Shown in pieces: positions 34,800 to 49,698 of a stretch of DNA of 64,000 nucleotides. Position numbers and translations under genes: made by a program. Source of the DNA: an uncultured Gemmatimonadaceae bacterium (lineage in GTDB: Bacteria > Gemmatimonadota > Gemmatimonadetes > Gemmatimonadales > Gemmatimonadaceae); the NCBI GenBank assembly GCA_963702675.1, contig CAVPDN010000011.1, positions 8,430 to 72,429 on the forward strand. Reading direction: 5' to 3'. How positions within the stretch are numbered: the first letter of the stretch is position 1; each line of letters opens with the position of its first letter. The notes under the pieces are model-generated. The model was not told where the DNA came from. It saw nothing but the letters and a program-made list of their open reading frames with translations, and did no database searches.

Positions 34800-35151
34800 G
34801 GGGGCGACTGGTTTCGACGGGGTAGGTGAAGGGGTGGCCGCGTGCCCAGGTCCTCGAGCCCTGGTAAATCACTCGGGAAATTTTTAACTGCCAACAACAA
34901 CTTGGCTCTGGCTGCGTAACTTCGGTTACAGCACCTGCCCGACGGGAAGCTCGCCTGAGGCGGCCTGACGGGTAACGAAAATTCGGGCTAGCGTACCGTT
35001 GTGTCTTCTGACGGCGCGCGAAGTCAAAGAAGACTTGTCCAGCAGTGGGCCGCCCATTGGCCAGCGGCTGGAGACCTCAACCGATGGGCTACGCACGTAG
35101 ACGTTGCTTCGGATCTTGTCTCGGACCGGGGTTCGAATCCCCGCGCCTCCA
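34800..35151 (+). ncRNA. ssrA: tmRNA (SsrA); tag peptide ANNNLALAA
   Basis: 5' GGGGGCGACUGGUUUCGACGGGG pairs with 3' ...CGCCUCC-A, with a G3:U wobble pair. T-arm GGGGUUCGAAUCCCC. Tag ORF GCC AAC AAC AAC TTG GCT CTG GCT GCG TAA at 34890-34919. CCA is not encoded. Confidence 0.93.
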
Positions 35152-35157
35152 CTGCCT

Positions 35158-35197
35158 CGAAGGCCGGCTCGCACCATGAGCCGGCCTTCGGCGTTTT
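35158..35197 (+). terminator. Rho-independent terminator of ssrA
   Basis: Perfect 13-bp stem CGAAGGCCGGCTC-GCACCAT-GAGCCGGCCTTCG followed by GCGTTTTCATT. Confidence 0.85.
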
Positions 35198-35211
35198 CAT
35201 TACGTTGACGC

Positions 35212-36261
35212 ATGGCTCGCTCACGCACGTCCGGCGAGGACGCCCCGCCATTCACGCCCACCGCGCACGACCCCGGACCGGAATCGGCGGGCGAACGCGC
35301 CTCGCGCCTCGAGGCGCCGGGACCGGCGCCCATCCGCGCGCCTAACGGAACGCTCATCCGCTTCGGCACGGCGTCGTGGACCGATCCGACCCTCGTCCGC
35401 GCCGGCGTCTTCTATCCGCGCGACGCGTCGTCGGCCGAAGCGCGGCTCCGGTACTATGCGTCGCAGTTCTCGATGGTCGAGGCGGACTCGCCCTACTACG
35501 CGCTGCCCGCTCGCGAGACAGTCGAAGCGTGGGCCGATCGCACGCCGGAGACCTTTCGCTTCGACATCAAGGCGCATGCGCTGATGACCGGTCAGCCGTC
35601 GGAGGTGGCCCGCCTTCCGGCCGACATTCGCGACGCGCTGCCGCCGGCGCTGGCCGCCAAATCACGCCTGTACGCCAAGGATCTGCCGCCCGAGTTGAGC
35701 GACGCGGTGTGGGCGACGTTCCTCGACGCGCTCCTGCCGCTCCGCGAGAGCGACAAGTTAGGCGCGGTGCTGATGCAGTACCCGCGATGGTTCCTGCCGG
35801 GCCACGCGAGCCGGGATCAGATCCTGGACGCGCACCATCGGTTCGGCGACGTGCCCTTCAGCGTCGAGCTGCGCAACGCGCTCTGGTTCAACGCGCGCAA
35901 CGCCGAGCACACGTTGCGGTTCTTCGAGGACCATGGCATTCCGTTCGTGATGGTCGACGAGCCGCAGGGGCTCAAGAGCAGCGTGCCGCCGGTGGCGGCG
36001 GTGACGGCGCCGCGCCTGGCCGTGATTCGTTTTCACGGCCGTCGCACGGACATGTGGGAGCGGCCGGGCGTCACGACGGCGGAGAAGTTCCGATACCTGT
36101 ACGACAGCGCGGAGCTCGAGACCTGGGCGCCGCGCGTGCGCGAGATCGCCGGACGCGCGAGCGAAGTGCACGTCGTGATGAACAACTGCTATGCGAACTA
36201 CGGGACGACCAACGCCATCGAGATCGCGGCGATGGTGCGCCGCATCTACACGGCGGAGTAA
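35212..36261 (+). CDS. DUF72 (YecE-like) family protein with N-terminal extension
   Basis: RFGTASWTDP, YYASQFSMVEADSPYYALP, FRFDIKAH, LMQYPRWF, VIRFHGR. Confidence 0.8.
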   Translation: MARSRTSGEDAPPFTPTAHDPGPESAGERASRLEAPGPAPIRAPNGTLIRFGTASWTDPTLVRAGVFYPRDASSAEARLRYYASQFSMVEADSPYYALPARETVEAWADRTPETFRFDIKAHALMTGQPSEVARLPADIRDALPPALAAKSRLYAKDLPPELSDAVWATFLDALLPLRESDKLGAVLMQYPRWFLPGHASRDQILDAHHRFGDVPFSVELRNALWFNARNAEHTLRFFEDHGIPFVMVDEPQGLKSSVPPVAAVTAPRLAVIRFHGRRTDMWERPGVTTAEKFRYLYDSAELETWAPRVREIAGRASEVHVVMNNCYANYGTTNAIEIAAMVRRIYTAE

Positions 36262-36273
36262 GGCGGTCTTCCG

Positions 36274-38940
<2,667 letters not shown>

Positions 38941-38991
38941 GACGATCGGGTCTCCGCGAATGAAGGGGGCTTGGGCGGCGTGGGCCGCCGC

Positions 38992-40377
38992 CTAACAGCC
39001 GCAGCCGAAGCGCAGCTTGTCCGGGTCGGCGGGCGGTGGCGTGGGGTAGTCGCCCGAGAAGCACGCGTGGCAGAACCCGCCCGGGCCGTCCGGCACCGAG
39101 GCCAGCATGCCGTCGAGCGACAGGTAGCCCAGTGAGTCGACACCGATGTGGCGCGCGATGTCCTCCACCGACAGGTTGGCGGCGATCAGCTCTTCGCGGG
39201 ACGGCGTGTCGATACCGTAGTAGCACGGTCCGGTGACGGGCGGCGAGGCGATGCGCATGTGGACCTCGCGCGCACCGGCCGCGCGCACGAGCGACACGAG
39301 GCCGCGGGTGGTGGTGCCGCGGACGATCGAGTCATCCACCATCACCACCTTCTTGCCCTCGAGCACTTCGCGCACCGGGTTGTACTTGACCTTCACCTTG
39401 TGGCTGCGGCCCGCCTGCGACGGCTGGATGAACGTGCGGCCCACGTAGTGATTGCGGATGAGCGCCAGCTCGAGCGGGAGTCCGGTTTCCTCGGCGTAGC
39501 CCAACGCCGCGGCGTTGGCGGAGTCGGGCACGCCGAACACGAGGTCGGCGCCCGGGGCCGGGGACTCTCGGCCCAGCTGTCTGCCTAACGCGCGGCGCGC
39601 GCGGTCCACCGAGCCGCCGCCGAAGATGCGGCTGTCGGGGCGCGCGAAATAGACGTACTCGAACACGCAGCGCCTGGACTCGAGCGGCGGGATGGCCTGG
39701 CGGCAGCGCAAGCCGTCGGCGTCGACGATCACGATCTCGCCCGGTTGGACGTCGCGCACGTGCGCGGCGCCGACGATGTCGAGCGCGCACGTCTCGGACG
39801 CGAACACCACCGCGCCGCCTAACCGGCCGATGACCAACGGACGCCAGCCGCGCGGGTCGCGGGCCGCCATGAGCGTGGAGCCGCTCGCGACGACGAGCGA
39901 GAACGCGCCCTCGACGCCCTGCAGCGCGTCGGCCAATTGATCCTCGGGACGCTCGGCCTTCGACCGCGCGATGCGGTGCACCAGCACTTCGGAGTCCATC
40001 GTCGAGCTGAAGATCGAGCCGTCATCCTCCAGCTCGCGCCGCAGCTCGCTCGCGTTCACGATGTTGCCGTTGTGCGCAAGCGCGATGTATCCGCCGCGAA
40101 AGCGCACCAGCACCGGCTGCGCGTTGTCGAGGGATGACGAGCCGGCCGTGCTGTAGCGCGTGTGACCGATGGCGATCGTCCCCTTGAGCTCGTCGAGCGG
40201 TCCGGTCATGAGCCCTTCGGAGACCAGGCCCATGCGCCGCTGCGAACGGGCGACGCCGTCTGCATCCACGGCGACGATCCCGGCCGATTCCTGTCCGCGA
40301 TGCTGCAGCGAATACAGTCCCAAGTGCACGAGCCCCGCTGCGTCCGGGGCGCCGTGCACGCCGAATATTCCGCACAT
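38992..40377 (-). CDS. purF: amidophosphoribosyltransferase
   Basis: Intact 461 aa. MCGIFG N-terminal nucleophile, HRGQESAGI, VMVDDSIVRGTT, C-terminal Cys cluster. The stop TAG lies inside GTTAGGC. Confidence 0.95.
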   Translation of the reverse strand: MCGIFGVHGAPDAAGLVHLGLYSLQHRGQESAGIVAVDADGVARSQRRMGLVSEGLMTGPLDELKGTIAIGHTRYSTAGSSSLDNAQPVLVRFRGGYIALAHNGNIVNASELRRELEDDGSIFSSTMDSEVLVHRIARSKAERPEDQLADALQGVEGAFSLVVASGSTLMAARDPRGWRPLVIGRLGGAVVFASETCALDIVGAAHVRDVQPGEIVIVDADGLRCRQAIPPLESRRCVFEYVYFARPDSRIFGGGSVDRARRALGRQLGRESPAPGADLVFGVPDSANAAALGYAEETGLPLELALIRNHYVGRTFIQPSQAGRSHKVKVKYNPVREVLEGKKVVMVDDSIVRGTTTRGLVSLVRAAGAREVHMRIASPPVTGPCYYGIDTPSREELIAANLSVEDIARHIGVDSLGYLSLDGMLASVPDGPGGFCHACFSGDYPTPPPADPDKLRFGCGC

Positions 40378-40380
40378 GGA

Positions 40381-42736
40381 TTACGATGCCGATGGTTGAG
40401 GGTGTTGCTCCAACACGGCTGTCTCGCCGGTCGCCCGCGACATGATGTTGGGAAGCGCGTCGTGATAGGCCGCTGCCAGACGCGCGAGCGGGGCCGTGAG
40501 CGTCCGCGATCCCACGCGCATCTCGAGCACCTGCGACGTTGCACGCACCGTGCCGATGCGCCGCACCGGGACGCCATGCCGGGCCGCGATCGCGAGCACG
40601 CGGTCCGGATCGGGCGAGCTGACGATGATGCGTCCCTGGGCCTCGCCGAAGAGCAGCGCGCGCAGCGGCAGCGCGCTCCACGCCGACAGGTCGACCTCCG
40701 CGCCTAACGGATGCTCCGCGTCCCCCACGGCGCACTCGGCGAGCGCGACGGCCAGGCCGCCGTCGCTGCAGTCGTGCGCCGACCGGACGACGCCGCCGGC
40801 GATGCCTCGAGCAGCGCGTCGATCAGCGCGCGCTCGCGCTCGAGATCGCACGCCGGCGGGGCGCCGGCCACCACGCCGTGGATGCGGGCCAGATACTCGC
40901 TGCCGCCGAGCTCGGCGGTGGGGTCGCCTAACAGGACGATCGCGTCGCCGTCGGCCCCGAACGCGGCGCGCGTGACGTGCGCCAGCGAGGCCACGAGCCC
41001 GACCATGCCGATCACCGGCGTCGGGTAGACCGCGCCCGACGGGCTCTCGTTGTACAACGACACGTTGCCGCCCGTCACCGGTGTGCCTAACGCTCGGCAC
41101 GCCTCGCCCATGCCGGCCACGGCTTCGCGGAATTGGAAGAACACCTCGGGCCGGCGCGGGTTCCCGAAGTTGAGGCAGTTGGTGATCGCCATCGGCCGCG
41201 CGCCGACGCACGCCACGTTGCGCGCCGCCTCGGCGACCGCGATCCGTCCGCCGACGCGCGGATCGAGATAGACGTAGCGCCCGTTGCAATCGGTCTTCAT
41301 CGCGATCGCCTTGTCCGTCCCGCGCACGCGCAGCACGGCGGCATCGCCGCCGCCCGGGCCGATGACCGTGTTCGTGCGGACCGTCGAGTCGTACTGTCTG
41401 TAGACCCACCGCTTGCTGGCGATCGTCGGCGACGACAGCAGACGCTCGAGCGTCCACACGGGATCGCGCTCTTCAGGGCGCTCCGGAATCGCCGACACGT
41501 CGCGCGCACGCAGCGCGCGCACGACGTGGCTCTCGGCGGCGGGCGGCGCGTACACCGGACAATCAGTGACTAACCGGGAGCCGGGGAACTCGGCCACCAC
41601 GCGCTTGCCCTCGGTGACGCGATACACCGGCTCGGCGATCACCTCGCCGATCACTTCGGCGGACAGGTCCCACTTGCCGAGAATGTCGCGCACGGCGCGC
41701 TCGTGTCCCTGCTTGGCCACCACGAGCATGCGCTCCTGCGACTCGCTGAGCAGGATCTCGTACGGCGTCATGCCTTCTTCGCGCACCGGCATGCGGGTCA
41801 CGTCGATCGTCACGCCGACGTCGCCGCGCGCGGCCATCTCGGCGGACGACGACGTTAGGCCGGCGGCGCCCATGTCCTGGATGGCCACGATGTGACCGCT
41901 GCGAATCAGCTCCAAGCTCGCCTCGAGCAGCAGCTTCTCGGTGAACGGGTCGCCCACCTGCACGCGCGGCCGCTTGGCATCGCTGGCCGCCGACAAATCC
42001 TCGGACGCGAACGACGCGCCGTGAATGCCGTCGCGTCCGGTCCGCGCGCCCACCGCCATGATGGGATTCCCCACGCCCTCGGCGGCCGCGCGGATGAGAT
42101 CGCGCTCGTGCATGAGCCCGACGCACATCGCGTTGACTAGCGGATTGCCGTCGTACGATGGATCGAACACCACTTCGCCGGCGACGGTCGGAATGCCGAC
42201 GCAGTTGCCGTAGTCGCCGATGCCCTTGACGACGCCGGCAAAGAGATAGCGCTGGCGCGGCGAGTCGAGCGATCCGAAGCGCAGCGAGTTGAGCATCGCC
42301 ACCGGACGCGCGCCCATCGTGAACACGTCGCGCAGAATGCCGCCGACGCCGGTGGCGGCGCCCTGATACGGTTCCACCGCCGATGGATGGTTGTGCGACT
42401 CGATCTTGAACGCGACCGCGAGCCCGTCGCCGATCGAGATCACGCCCGCATTTTCGCCCGGACCCTGCAAGACGTAGGGCGCCTCCGTGGGCAGCGTCTT
42501 GAGCACGGGACGCGAATGCTTGTACGAGCAGTGCTCGCTCCACAGCGCGCTCACCACGCCTAACTCGGTGAACGTCGGTGCGCGGCCGAGCATCGCGACG
42601 AGGCGGGCGTACTCGTCGGGGGTGAGGCCGTGTTCCGCCACGAGCGCGGGCGTGATGGCGGGATCACCGGGACGCGGCTCGACGGCGCGCGCGGTCCCGG
42701 TGGTGGTCGCGGGCGAAACGCGCCGTTCGACGTCGG

Positions 42737-42740
<4 letters not shown>
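40381..42740 (-). pseudogene. purL: phosphoribosylformylglycinamidine synthase subunit PurL, one frameshift near 40800
   Basis: ORF 40704-42740 ([26 protein letters not shown]) continues in frame 40381-41457 ([16 protein letters not shown]...). Confidence 0.88.
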
Positions 42741-43425
<685 letters not shown>

Positions 43426-43429
<4 letters not shown>

Positions 43430-43686
43430 GGCAGTCCCTCGACGCGTGCGATCTCGTAGTCTTCCGTGACCGGGTTGGCCAACAGCTTGTCGCACATTTT
43501 GCGGACGGCGTCGCCGGCGGCGTCCGGTGTCGACGCAGAGACGTCGAGCACGACGTGGCGGCCAATGCGTGCCTCCTGCACGTCGCCGAATCCCAGGGTG
43601 TGGAGCGCATCGGCCACGGCCTTCCCCTGCGGGTCGAGAATACCTTTGCGCGGCACGATGTGCACGGACACGCGATACCGACTCAT
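43426..43686 (-). CDS. purS: phosphoribosylformylglycinamidine synthase subunit PurS
   Basis: 86 aa. ILDPQGKAVADALHTLGF, NPVTEDY. Confidence 0.9.
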
Positions 43687-44558
43687 TCACGGCCCTCTTC
43701 GGTCCCTGGGTTGAACGGGTGCTCGCCTAACGGAGGATTGCGGTCGCGGCGCCGGCGGCGGCGCGGCCAATGCGGGTGCTCGGCCAGCTCGATCGACCGC
43801 GCCATGGCCTCGTCGTCTTCGTCGTCCTCCATCAGCGGATCGGAGCTCGGCAGCCGATCGACGAGTCCCAGGACGAACGTCCGGAGCAAGCCGTAGGCGA
43901 CGTACGCGACCATCACCGGAAACGCATATCGCTGGTGATCAATGGCGACCAGCACGATCGCCGCGATGAACGCGGCGCCGAGGACGATCGTACCCGGCTT
44001 CCGCAGGCTGATGTTAGGCGGAGCCGGATAGAGCACGTGGCTGATCATGAGGAAGCTCAGCACGAGCATCACGGCCGGGAGTGCGGTGTGCCACGGCCAT
44101 CCGCTCACCATGTTGAACAAGCTCGTCTGGCTGAACCACCAGTATGTGGCGAGCGTCATACCGGCGGCGGGGCTGGGCAGGCCGTGGAACTGTGTTTTCG
44201 CGCGGCCGCCCTGCTCGATGTTGAAACGCGCCAGGCGCATCACCGCGCAGGCGATGTAGATGAAGCAGAACAGCGCGCCCCAGGTGTCATGGTTCAACAC
44301 GGCGAAGTACATGATGAACGCCGGCGCCACGCCGAACGTGATCGCGTCGACCAGGGAGTCGAGCTCGACGCCGAAGCGGCTCGCGGTGCGCGTCATGCGC
44401 GCCACCTTGCCGTCGAGCGTGTCCATGACGCCGCCCAACACGACGAATCTGCCTGCCCACTCGAAGTCGCCGCGCGAGGCATACACGATCGCGAGCACGC
44501 CGAACAACAGATTGCCCAACGTGAATCCGTTAGGCAACAGCACCACGGCGCGGCGCAT
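43683..44558 (-). CDS. pssA: CDP-diacylglycerol--serine O-phosphatidyltransferase with acidic/basic C-terminal tail
   Basis: LPNGFTLGNLLFG, DTLDGKVARMT..SRFGVELDSLVD (CDP-alcohol phosphatidyltransferase motif). Confidence 0.85.
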   Translation of the reverse strand: MRRAVVLLPNGFTLGNLLFGVLAIVYASRGDFEWAGRFVVLGGVMDTLDGKVARMTRTASRFGVELDSLVDAITFGVAPAFIMYFAVLNHDTWGALFCFIYIACAVMRLARFNIEQGGRAKTQFHGLPSPAAGMTLATYWWFSQTSLFNMVSGWPWHTALPAVMLVLSFLMISHVLYPAPPNISLRKPGTIVLGAAFIAAIVLVAIDHQRYAFPVMVAYVAYGLLRTFVLGLVDRLPSSDPLMEDDEDDEAMARSIELAEHPHWPRRRRRRDRNPPLGEHPFNPGTEEGRE

Positions 44559-44581
44559 GTCGGGGCGGGGCAGCGGCGGTC

Positions 44582-45233
44582 TCACGACGCGAGCTCCGCG
44601 AGCACGGTGACGCCGGCCACCGGGCGCTCGCCGACGCGCGTGCGGATCGTCGCGTCGGGGGGCACGAAGACATCGACGCGCGAGCCGAACCGAATGATGC
44701 CCATGCGTTCGCCCTGTACGGCCGTGGCGCCCGTCTTCGCGTACGTCACGATGCGACGCGCAACCAGCCCGGCGATCTGGCGCACCAAAACTTTGTGCTG
44801 ACGATCCCGCGATGCCGACGGACATCTGCTCGTTCTCCAAGCTCGCCTTCTCGGCAGCCGCGTTCAGAAACTTGCCGGGATTGTAGTGCTCGTATTCCAC
44901 CGTGCCGTGCACCGGATACCGGTTCACGTGCACGTTGAAGATGTTCATGAAAATCGAAATGCGGATGGCCCGTCCGTGCACGAAATCGGGTTCCTCGACT
45001 GGCGTGATCATCACCACGCGGCCGTCTGCGGGGGCGATCACCAGGCGATCGCCGCGCGGCCCCATGCGCTCGGGGTCGCGAAAGAAGTACGCGATCCAGA
45101 TCGCGACCACGAGCACCACGATCCCGGCCACCCACACCGGCCACGAGCGGAACGCCAGGGCCAGCGCGAACATCACCACGACGGCCGCGGCGCCGGCGAC
45201 GATGAACACCATGCCTTCGCGCGCGAAGCTCAT
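44582..45233 (-). pseudogene. psd: phosphatidylserine decarboxylase-related (archaetidylserine type) proenzyme, one frameshift near 44800
   Basis: FFRDPER, DGRVV, IFMNIFNVHVNRYPVHG, then QIAGLVARRIV..GERMGIIRFGSRVDVF in ORF 44582-44788. Confidence 0.8.
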
Positions 45234-46157
45234 TGCAGGTCGGTCACGTCGAGGGATTCTCCCGTTAGGCGGCGATAGGCTTCGAGGTAGCGGGCACTGG
45301 TCGCACGCACGACCTCGTCGGGCAGCGGTGGAGCGGGGGACTCGCCGTTCCATCGCCGCGCCCGGCGCTCGGCATCCAGGTAGTCGCGCAGCGGCTGTTT
45401 GTCGAAGCTGGGCTGCGTGCCGCCCGGTTTGTACGCATCGGCGGGCCAGAAGCGCGAGCTGTCCGGCGTGAGCAGTTCGTCGAGGAGTGTGATCGCACCG
45501 TCGGCGCCGCGGCCGAATTCCAGTTTGGTGTCGGCGACGATGATTCCGCGATCTTCGGCAATCGCGCTGCCTCGCGCGAAAATCGCGCGCGTGAGCCGCT
45601 CGAGCTCCGCGCCGTCCTTCTCGCCAACCACCTGCCGCATCCGAGTCACGGTGATGTTTTCGTCGTGCCCTGTTTCGGCCTTCGTGGCGGGACTGAAGAT
45701 CGGCTCGGCCAATCGATCGCTCTCGCGCAGTCCCGTGGGCATCGGCTCACCGGCCAGCGTGCCCGACTTCGCGTACTCCTTCCACGCCGAGCCGGAAATA
45801 TAGCCGCGAATGACGCACTCGATCGGAAAGACCGTGGCGCGCCGGCAGAGCATCGCGCGGCCCGCCAGCGCCTTCTGCAGGCGGCGCGAGGCTCGGCACG
45901 ACGCGAACGATGTCAGGCGCGCGCGCGGTGATGATGTGGGTCGGTACAATGTCGGCGACCTGCGCGAACCACCAGGCGCTCAATTGCGTGAGCACCGCGC
46001 CCTTGAATGGAATCGCCTCGCGCATCACGACATCGAACGCGCTCACGCGATCGGTGGCGACGAGCAAGAGGTGCGTCGCGTCGACCTCGTACAAATCGCG
46101 AACCTTGCCGCGGCCCAACCGGCGGAGCGGGAGGTCGCTCGAGACCATCGGCGTCAT
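45230..46157 (-). pseudogene. purC: phosphoribosylaminoimidazole-succinocarboxamide synthase, frameshift(s) near 45870-45900
   Basis: N-terminus [23 protein letters not shown] (ORF 45747-46157). Remainder [34 protein letters not shown] (ORF 45230-45949). Confidence 0.85.
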
Positions 46158-47600
46158 ACGCGCGGCTCCTCGGCGTCGGGTGCAGCCGCGGGCGCGGCGG
46201 CGAGAATCGGGTTGACCACATCGCGCAGGAATTCATCCACCTGGCGCGGCGCGCGTCCCAGATAGCGCGCCGGATTGCCGGCCTCGCGCAGGTCGTTAGG
46301 CGAAAGACCAGCCTCGGCGTCGGCAGCCAGCCGCTCGAACAGATCGTTGTGCGATGCGCCGTCTTTGACTGCCTGGGCCGCCGCCAGACTGTGCTTGCGG
46401 ATGCGCTCGTGCGCCGCCTGCCGATCGCCGCCCGCGCGCACGCTCTGCACGATGAGCGCTTCGGTCGCCATGAACGGCAGCTCGTCGGCCACGCGGCGCC
46501 GGATGCGCGCCGGGTGCACCTCGAGTCCCGCGGCGATGTTCGCCATGAGCAATAAGATCGCATCCACGGCCAGGAAGGACTCGGGAATGACTAACCGGCG
46601 GTTGGCGCTGTCGTCCAGCGTGCGCTCGAAGCATTGCGCGCCGTGCGTGAGGTTGGCGTTCTCCTCGAGCGAGATGACGAATCGCGCCAGCGACGAGATG
46701 CGCTCGGCGCGCATCGGGTTGCGCTTGTAGGCCATCGCCGACGAGCCGACCTGCTCGGTCTCGAACGGCTCCTCGATTTCGCCGAACGACTGCAGCAGGC
46801 GCACGTCGCCGGCAAACTTGGCCGCGCTCGCCGCGATCCCGGCGACGACGCTCGAGCACCTGCGCGTCGAGCTTGCGGCGTGTACGTCTGGCCGGTCACC
46901 GGGAGCGACGTGCTCGAAGCCTAACCGGCGGACCACGAGCCGCTCGAGCTCGCCGCACCTTGTCGTGGTCGCCGTCGAAGAGCTCGAGAAAGCTGGCCTG
47001 CGTGCCGGTGGTGCCCTTCACGCCGCGGAGCGGCAGCGATGCGACGCGATGATCGAGGTCGGCCAGGTCGAGGACGAGATCCTGCATCCACAGCGTGGCG
47101 CGCTTGCCCACCGTGGTGAGCTGCGCCGGCTGCAGGTGCGTGTAGGCGAGCGTGGGTCATCGCGCCATGCGCTCGGCGAACTGCGGCGAGCGCGCGCACC
47201 ACGGCGACGATCTCGACGCGCAGCAACGCGAGGCCGCCGCGCATGAGCATCAGATCGGCGTTGTCGGTGACGAACGCGCTCGTGGCGCCGAGATGGATGA
47301 ACGGCGCGCGCCTCGGGCGCGACGGCGCCGAACGTGTGCACGTGCGCCATCACGTCGTGGCGGAAGCGGCGCTCGAATGCGGCCGCCGCCTCGAAGTCGA
47401 TGTCGTCGAGGTGCGCGCGCATCTGCGGCGAGCGCCTCGTCGGTCACGGCGGCCACGCCTAACTCGCGCTGCGCTTCGGCCAGGGCGAGCCAGAGCCGGC
47501 GCCAGAGCGCGTGCCGCTCCTGCGGCGACCACAGCGCGAGCATCGCCCGCGACGCGTAGCGTTGGGCGAGCGGAGACGTGTAGGACGTCGCGTCGCTCAT
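46154..47600 (-). pseudogene. purB: adenylosuccinate lyase, at least 3 apparent frameshifts
   Basis: SPLAQRYASRAMLALWSP, FERRFRHDVMAHVH, GSSAMAYKRNPMRAERI (signature) and the C-terminal ORF 46154-46936. Pieces lie in four frames. Confidence 0.85.
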
Positions 47601-49033
47601 CGGACCATGAAGTCGGTGGTGTAGATCTGACCCCCGCGCTCGAAGTACATGTGGATCACGCTGCGGCCGGCGAGTGCGTTCAGCGCCTTCTGCACGTCCT
47701 GCGCGTTCTCGATCGGCACCTGGTTGACCTGCACGATCACGTCGCCCTTGGCGATGCCCAAATCGTCGGATACGCGCGAGCTCAACGCGTAGATGAGCGC
47801 GCCGTGCGGACTCCGAATGCCGCGCTCGGCGCGAATGGCCGGCGTGACGGTCACCAACTCGAGCTCCTTCAGCACCTGCACCTTGGGTGCGCTCTCGTCG
47901 GGGAGCGCCGCCACGGTGACGGTGACCGGGACCTGGCGTTCGCCGCGCTTCACGACCAACTGCACGTGCTCGCCGACGCGCAGGTCGAGCTTCTCCGCCT
48001 CCCAATCGAATGGATTGCGGAGCGGGCGGTTGCCGGCACGGACCAGCGTGTCACCCGCCTTGAGTCCGGCTACATCGGCCGGCGACCCCGGCACCACCGC
48101 GCGCACGTTGACGCCGAACCGGAGCGCCTCGAGCGGGCTGTTGGCCTGCGGCAGCTCGAGCTTGATGCCTAACCATGGCTGGCGCACCACGCCGTGGAGC
48201 AACAGGTCTTCCATCACGCGCTTGACGCGGTTGATGGGAATCGCGAAGCCCAGACCCACCGACCCGCCGGAGGGCGAATAGATGGAGCTGTTCATCCCGA
48301 TCACCTCGCCCACCGCGTCGACCAACGGGCCGCCCGAGTTGCCATGATTGATCGCGGCGTCGGTCTGGATCATGTCGACGTACGTCGCGCTGCCTTCGTT
48401 AGGCGCGACCAGGTTGCGTCCCGTGCCGCTGATCACGCCCGTGGTGACGCTGGGCTCGGAGTTGCCGAGCAGGAACCCGTATGGATTGCCGATGGCGATG
48501 GCCCATTCGCCGATCAACAGGCTGTCGGAGTTGCCGAGCTCGGCGACGGGCAGACTCTTCGCCTCGATCTTGAGCACGGCGATGTCGTTCGTCTCGTCCT
48601 TGCCGATGAGCCGGGCGCGGTAGGACGTGCCGTCGCGCAGCGCAACGGAAATCGTTTTGGCATCGTTGACCACGTGTGCGTTGGTCACGATCACGCCGTC
48701 GTTGCGCACGATGAACCCGGAGCCGAGTCCTTGCAACACGCGCTGACCCGATCCGGCGCCGCCGAAGAACGCGTCGAACGGATCGGCCGGCGCGTTCTGC
48801 ACGACTTCCGTCTGCACCGTGACGACGGCCGGCGACACTTTGGCCACGGCGTCGGTCAGGATCGTGCGGCGGCGCGGATCGATGGAGTCCGAGCGAACGG
48901 CCGCGTTCGCACTCTCGACGTGCAGCGAGGGCGGGGCAGCCGGCGGTGCAGCTGCCGCCGACGTGTCCGGCGGTTGATCGCCGCGGCACGCCATCGCCGC
49001 CGCCAGCGCCCCGAGCATCACGGCGCGCCTCAC
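47597..49033 (-). CDS. htrA: HtrA/DegP-family serine protease with two PDZ domains
   Basis: GSGFIV..DGVIVTNAHVV, DIAVLKI, GNSGGPLVD catalytic triad blocks. Lipoprotein-like leader LGALAAAMAC. The upstream part of ORF 47597-49657 is read-through over tal. Confidence 0.88.
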   Translation of the reverse strand: MRRAVMLGALAAAMACRGDQPPDTSAAAAPPAAPPSLHVESANAAVRSDSIDPRRRTILTDAVAKVSPAVVTVQTEVVQNAPADPFDAFFGGAGSGQRVLQGLGSGFIVRNDGVIVTNAHVVNDAKTISVALRDGTSYRARLIGKDETNDIAVLKIEAKSLPVAELGNSDSLLIGEWAIAIGNPYGFLLGNSEPSVTTGVISGTGRNLVAPNEGSATYVDMIQTDAAINHGNSGGPLVDAVGEVIGMNSSIYSPSGGSVGLGFAIPINRVKRVMEDLLLHGVVRQPWLGIKLELPQANSPLEALRFGVNVRAVVPGSPADVAGLKAGDTLVRAGNRPLRNPFDWEAEKLDLRVGEHVQLVVKRGERQVPVTVTVAALPDESAPKVQVLKELELVTVTPAIRAERGIRSPHGALIYALSSRVSDDLGIAKGDVIVQVNQVPIENAQDVQKALNALAGRSVIHMYFERGGQIYTTDFMVR

Positions 49034-49698
49034 GCGTCGCTCCGCGCCACGCCTAACCGTGAACCCCAATCGCGGAGGAAGCCCGCGAGGCCCAGATCGG
49101 TGAGCGGGTGGACGAGCATGGCGCGGAGCACGGCCGGCGGGACGGCCACCGCGTCTGCGCCTAACTTGACGGCGTCCACGAGGCGCCGCGGGCTCCGCAC
49201 CGACGAGGCGAGGATCTCGCACTCGGGCGCGAAGCGATCGAACATCGCGCGGATGTCGGCCACCAGCGCGCCGCCGTCGCCGCCCGCGTCGTCGAGCCGG
49301 CCGATGAACGGACTCACGTAGGCCGCGCCGGCCTTCGCCGCGAGGAGCGCCTGCGCGGGCGTGAACACGAGCGTCACGTTGACCACCGCGCCGTCCGGCA
49401 CCAGCCGCTTGAGCGCGACGATGCCGTCTTCGATCATCGGGATCTCGACCACCACGTTGTCGCCGATGCGCGCCAGATCGCGCGCCTCGCGGTATATCCC
49501 GTCGGCATCCGACGAGATCACTTGCACCGTCACCGGCCCCGGCACGGCCCGCGCGATCGCGGTCACGTGCTCGGTCGGATCGTCGCCCGCCAGCTCGCGG
49601 GCGATCAACGTCGGATTGGTCGTCACGCCATCGATGAGTCCGGTGGAGAGCCCCCACTGGATGTCATCGAGGTTGGCGGTATCGAGAAACAGTCTCAT
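49030..49698 (-). CDS. tal: transaldolase / fructose-6-phosphate aldolase (short TalC type)
   Basis: MRLFLDTANLDDI, GVTTNPTL, SPFIGRLDD. Confidence 0.9.
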   Translation of the reverse strand: MRLFLDTANLDDIQWGLSTGLIDGVTTNPTLIARELAGDDPTEHVTAIARAVPGPVTVQVISSDADGIYREARDLARIGDNVVVEIPMIEDGIVALKRLVPDGAVVNVTLVFTPAQALLAAKAGAAYVSPFIGRLDDAGGDGGALVADIRAMFDRFAPECEILASSVRSPRRLVDAVKLGADAVAVPPAVLRAMLVHPLTDLGLAGFLRDWGSRLGVARSDA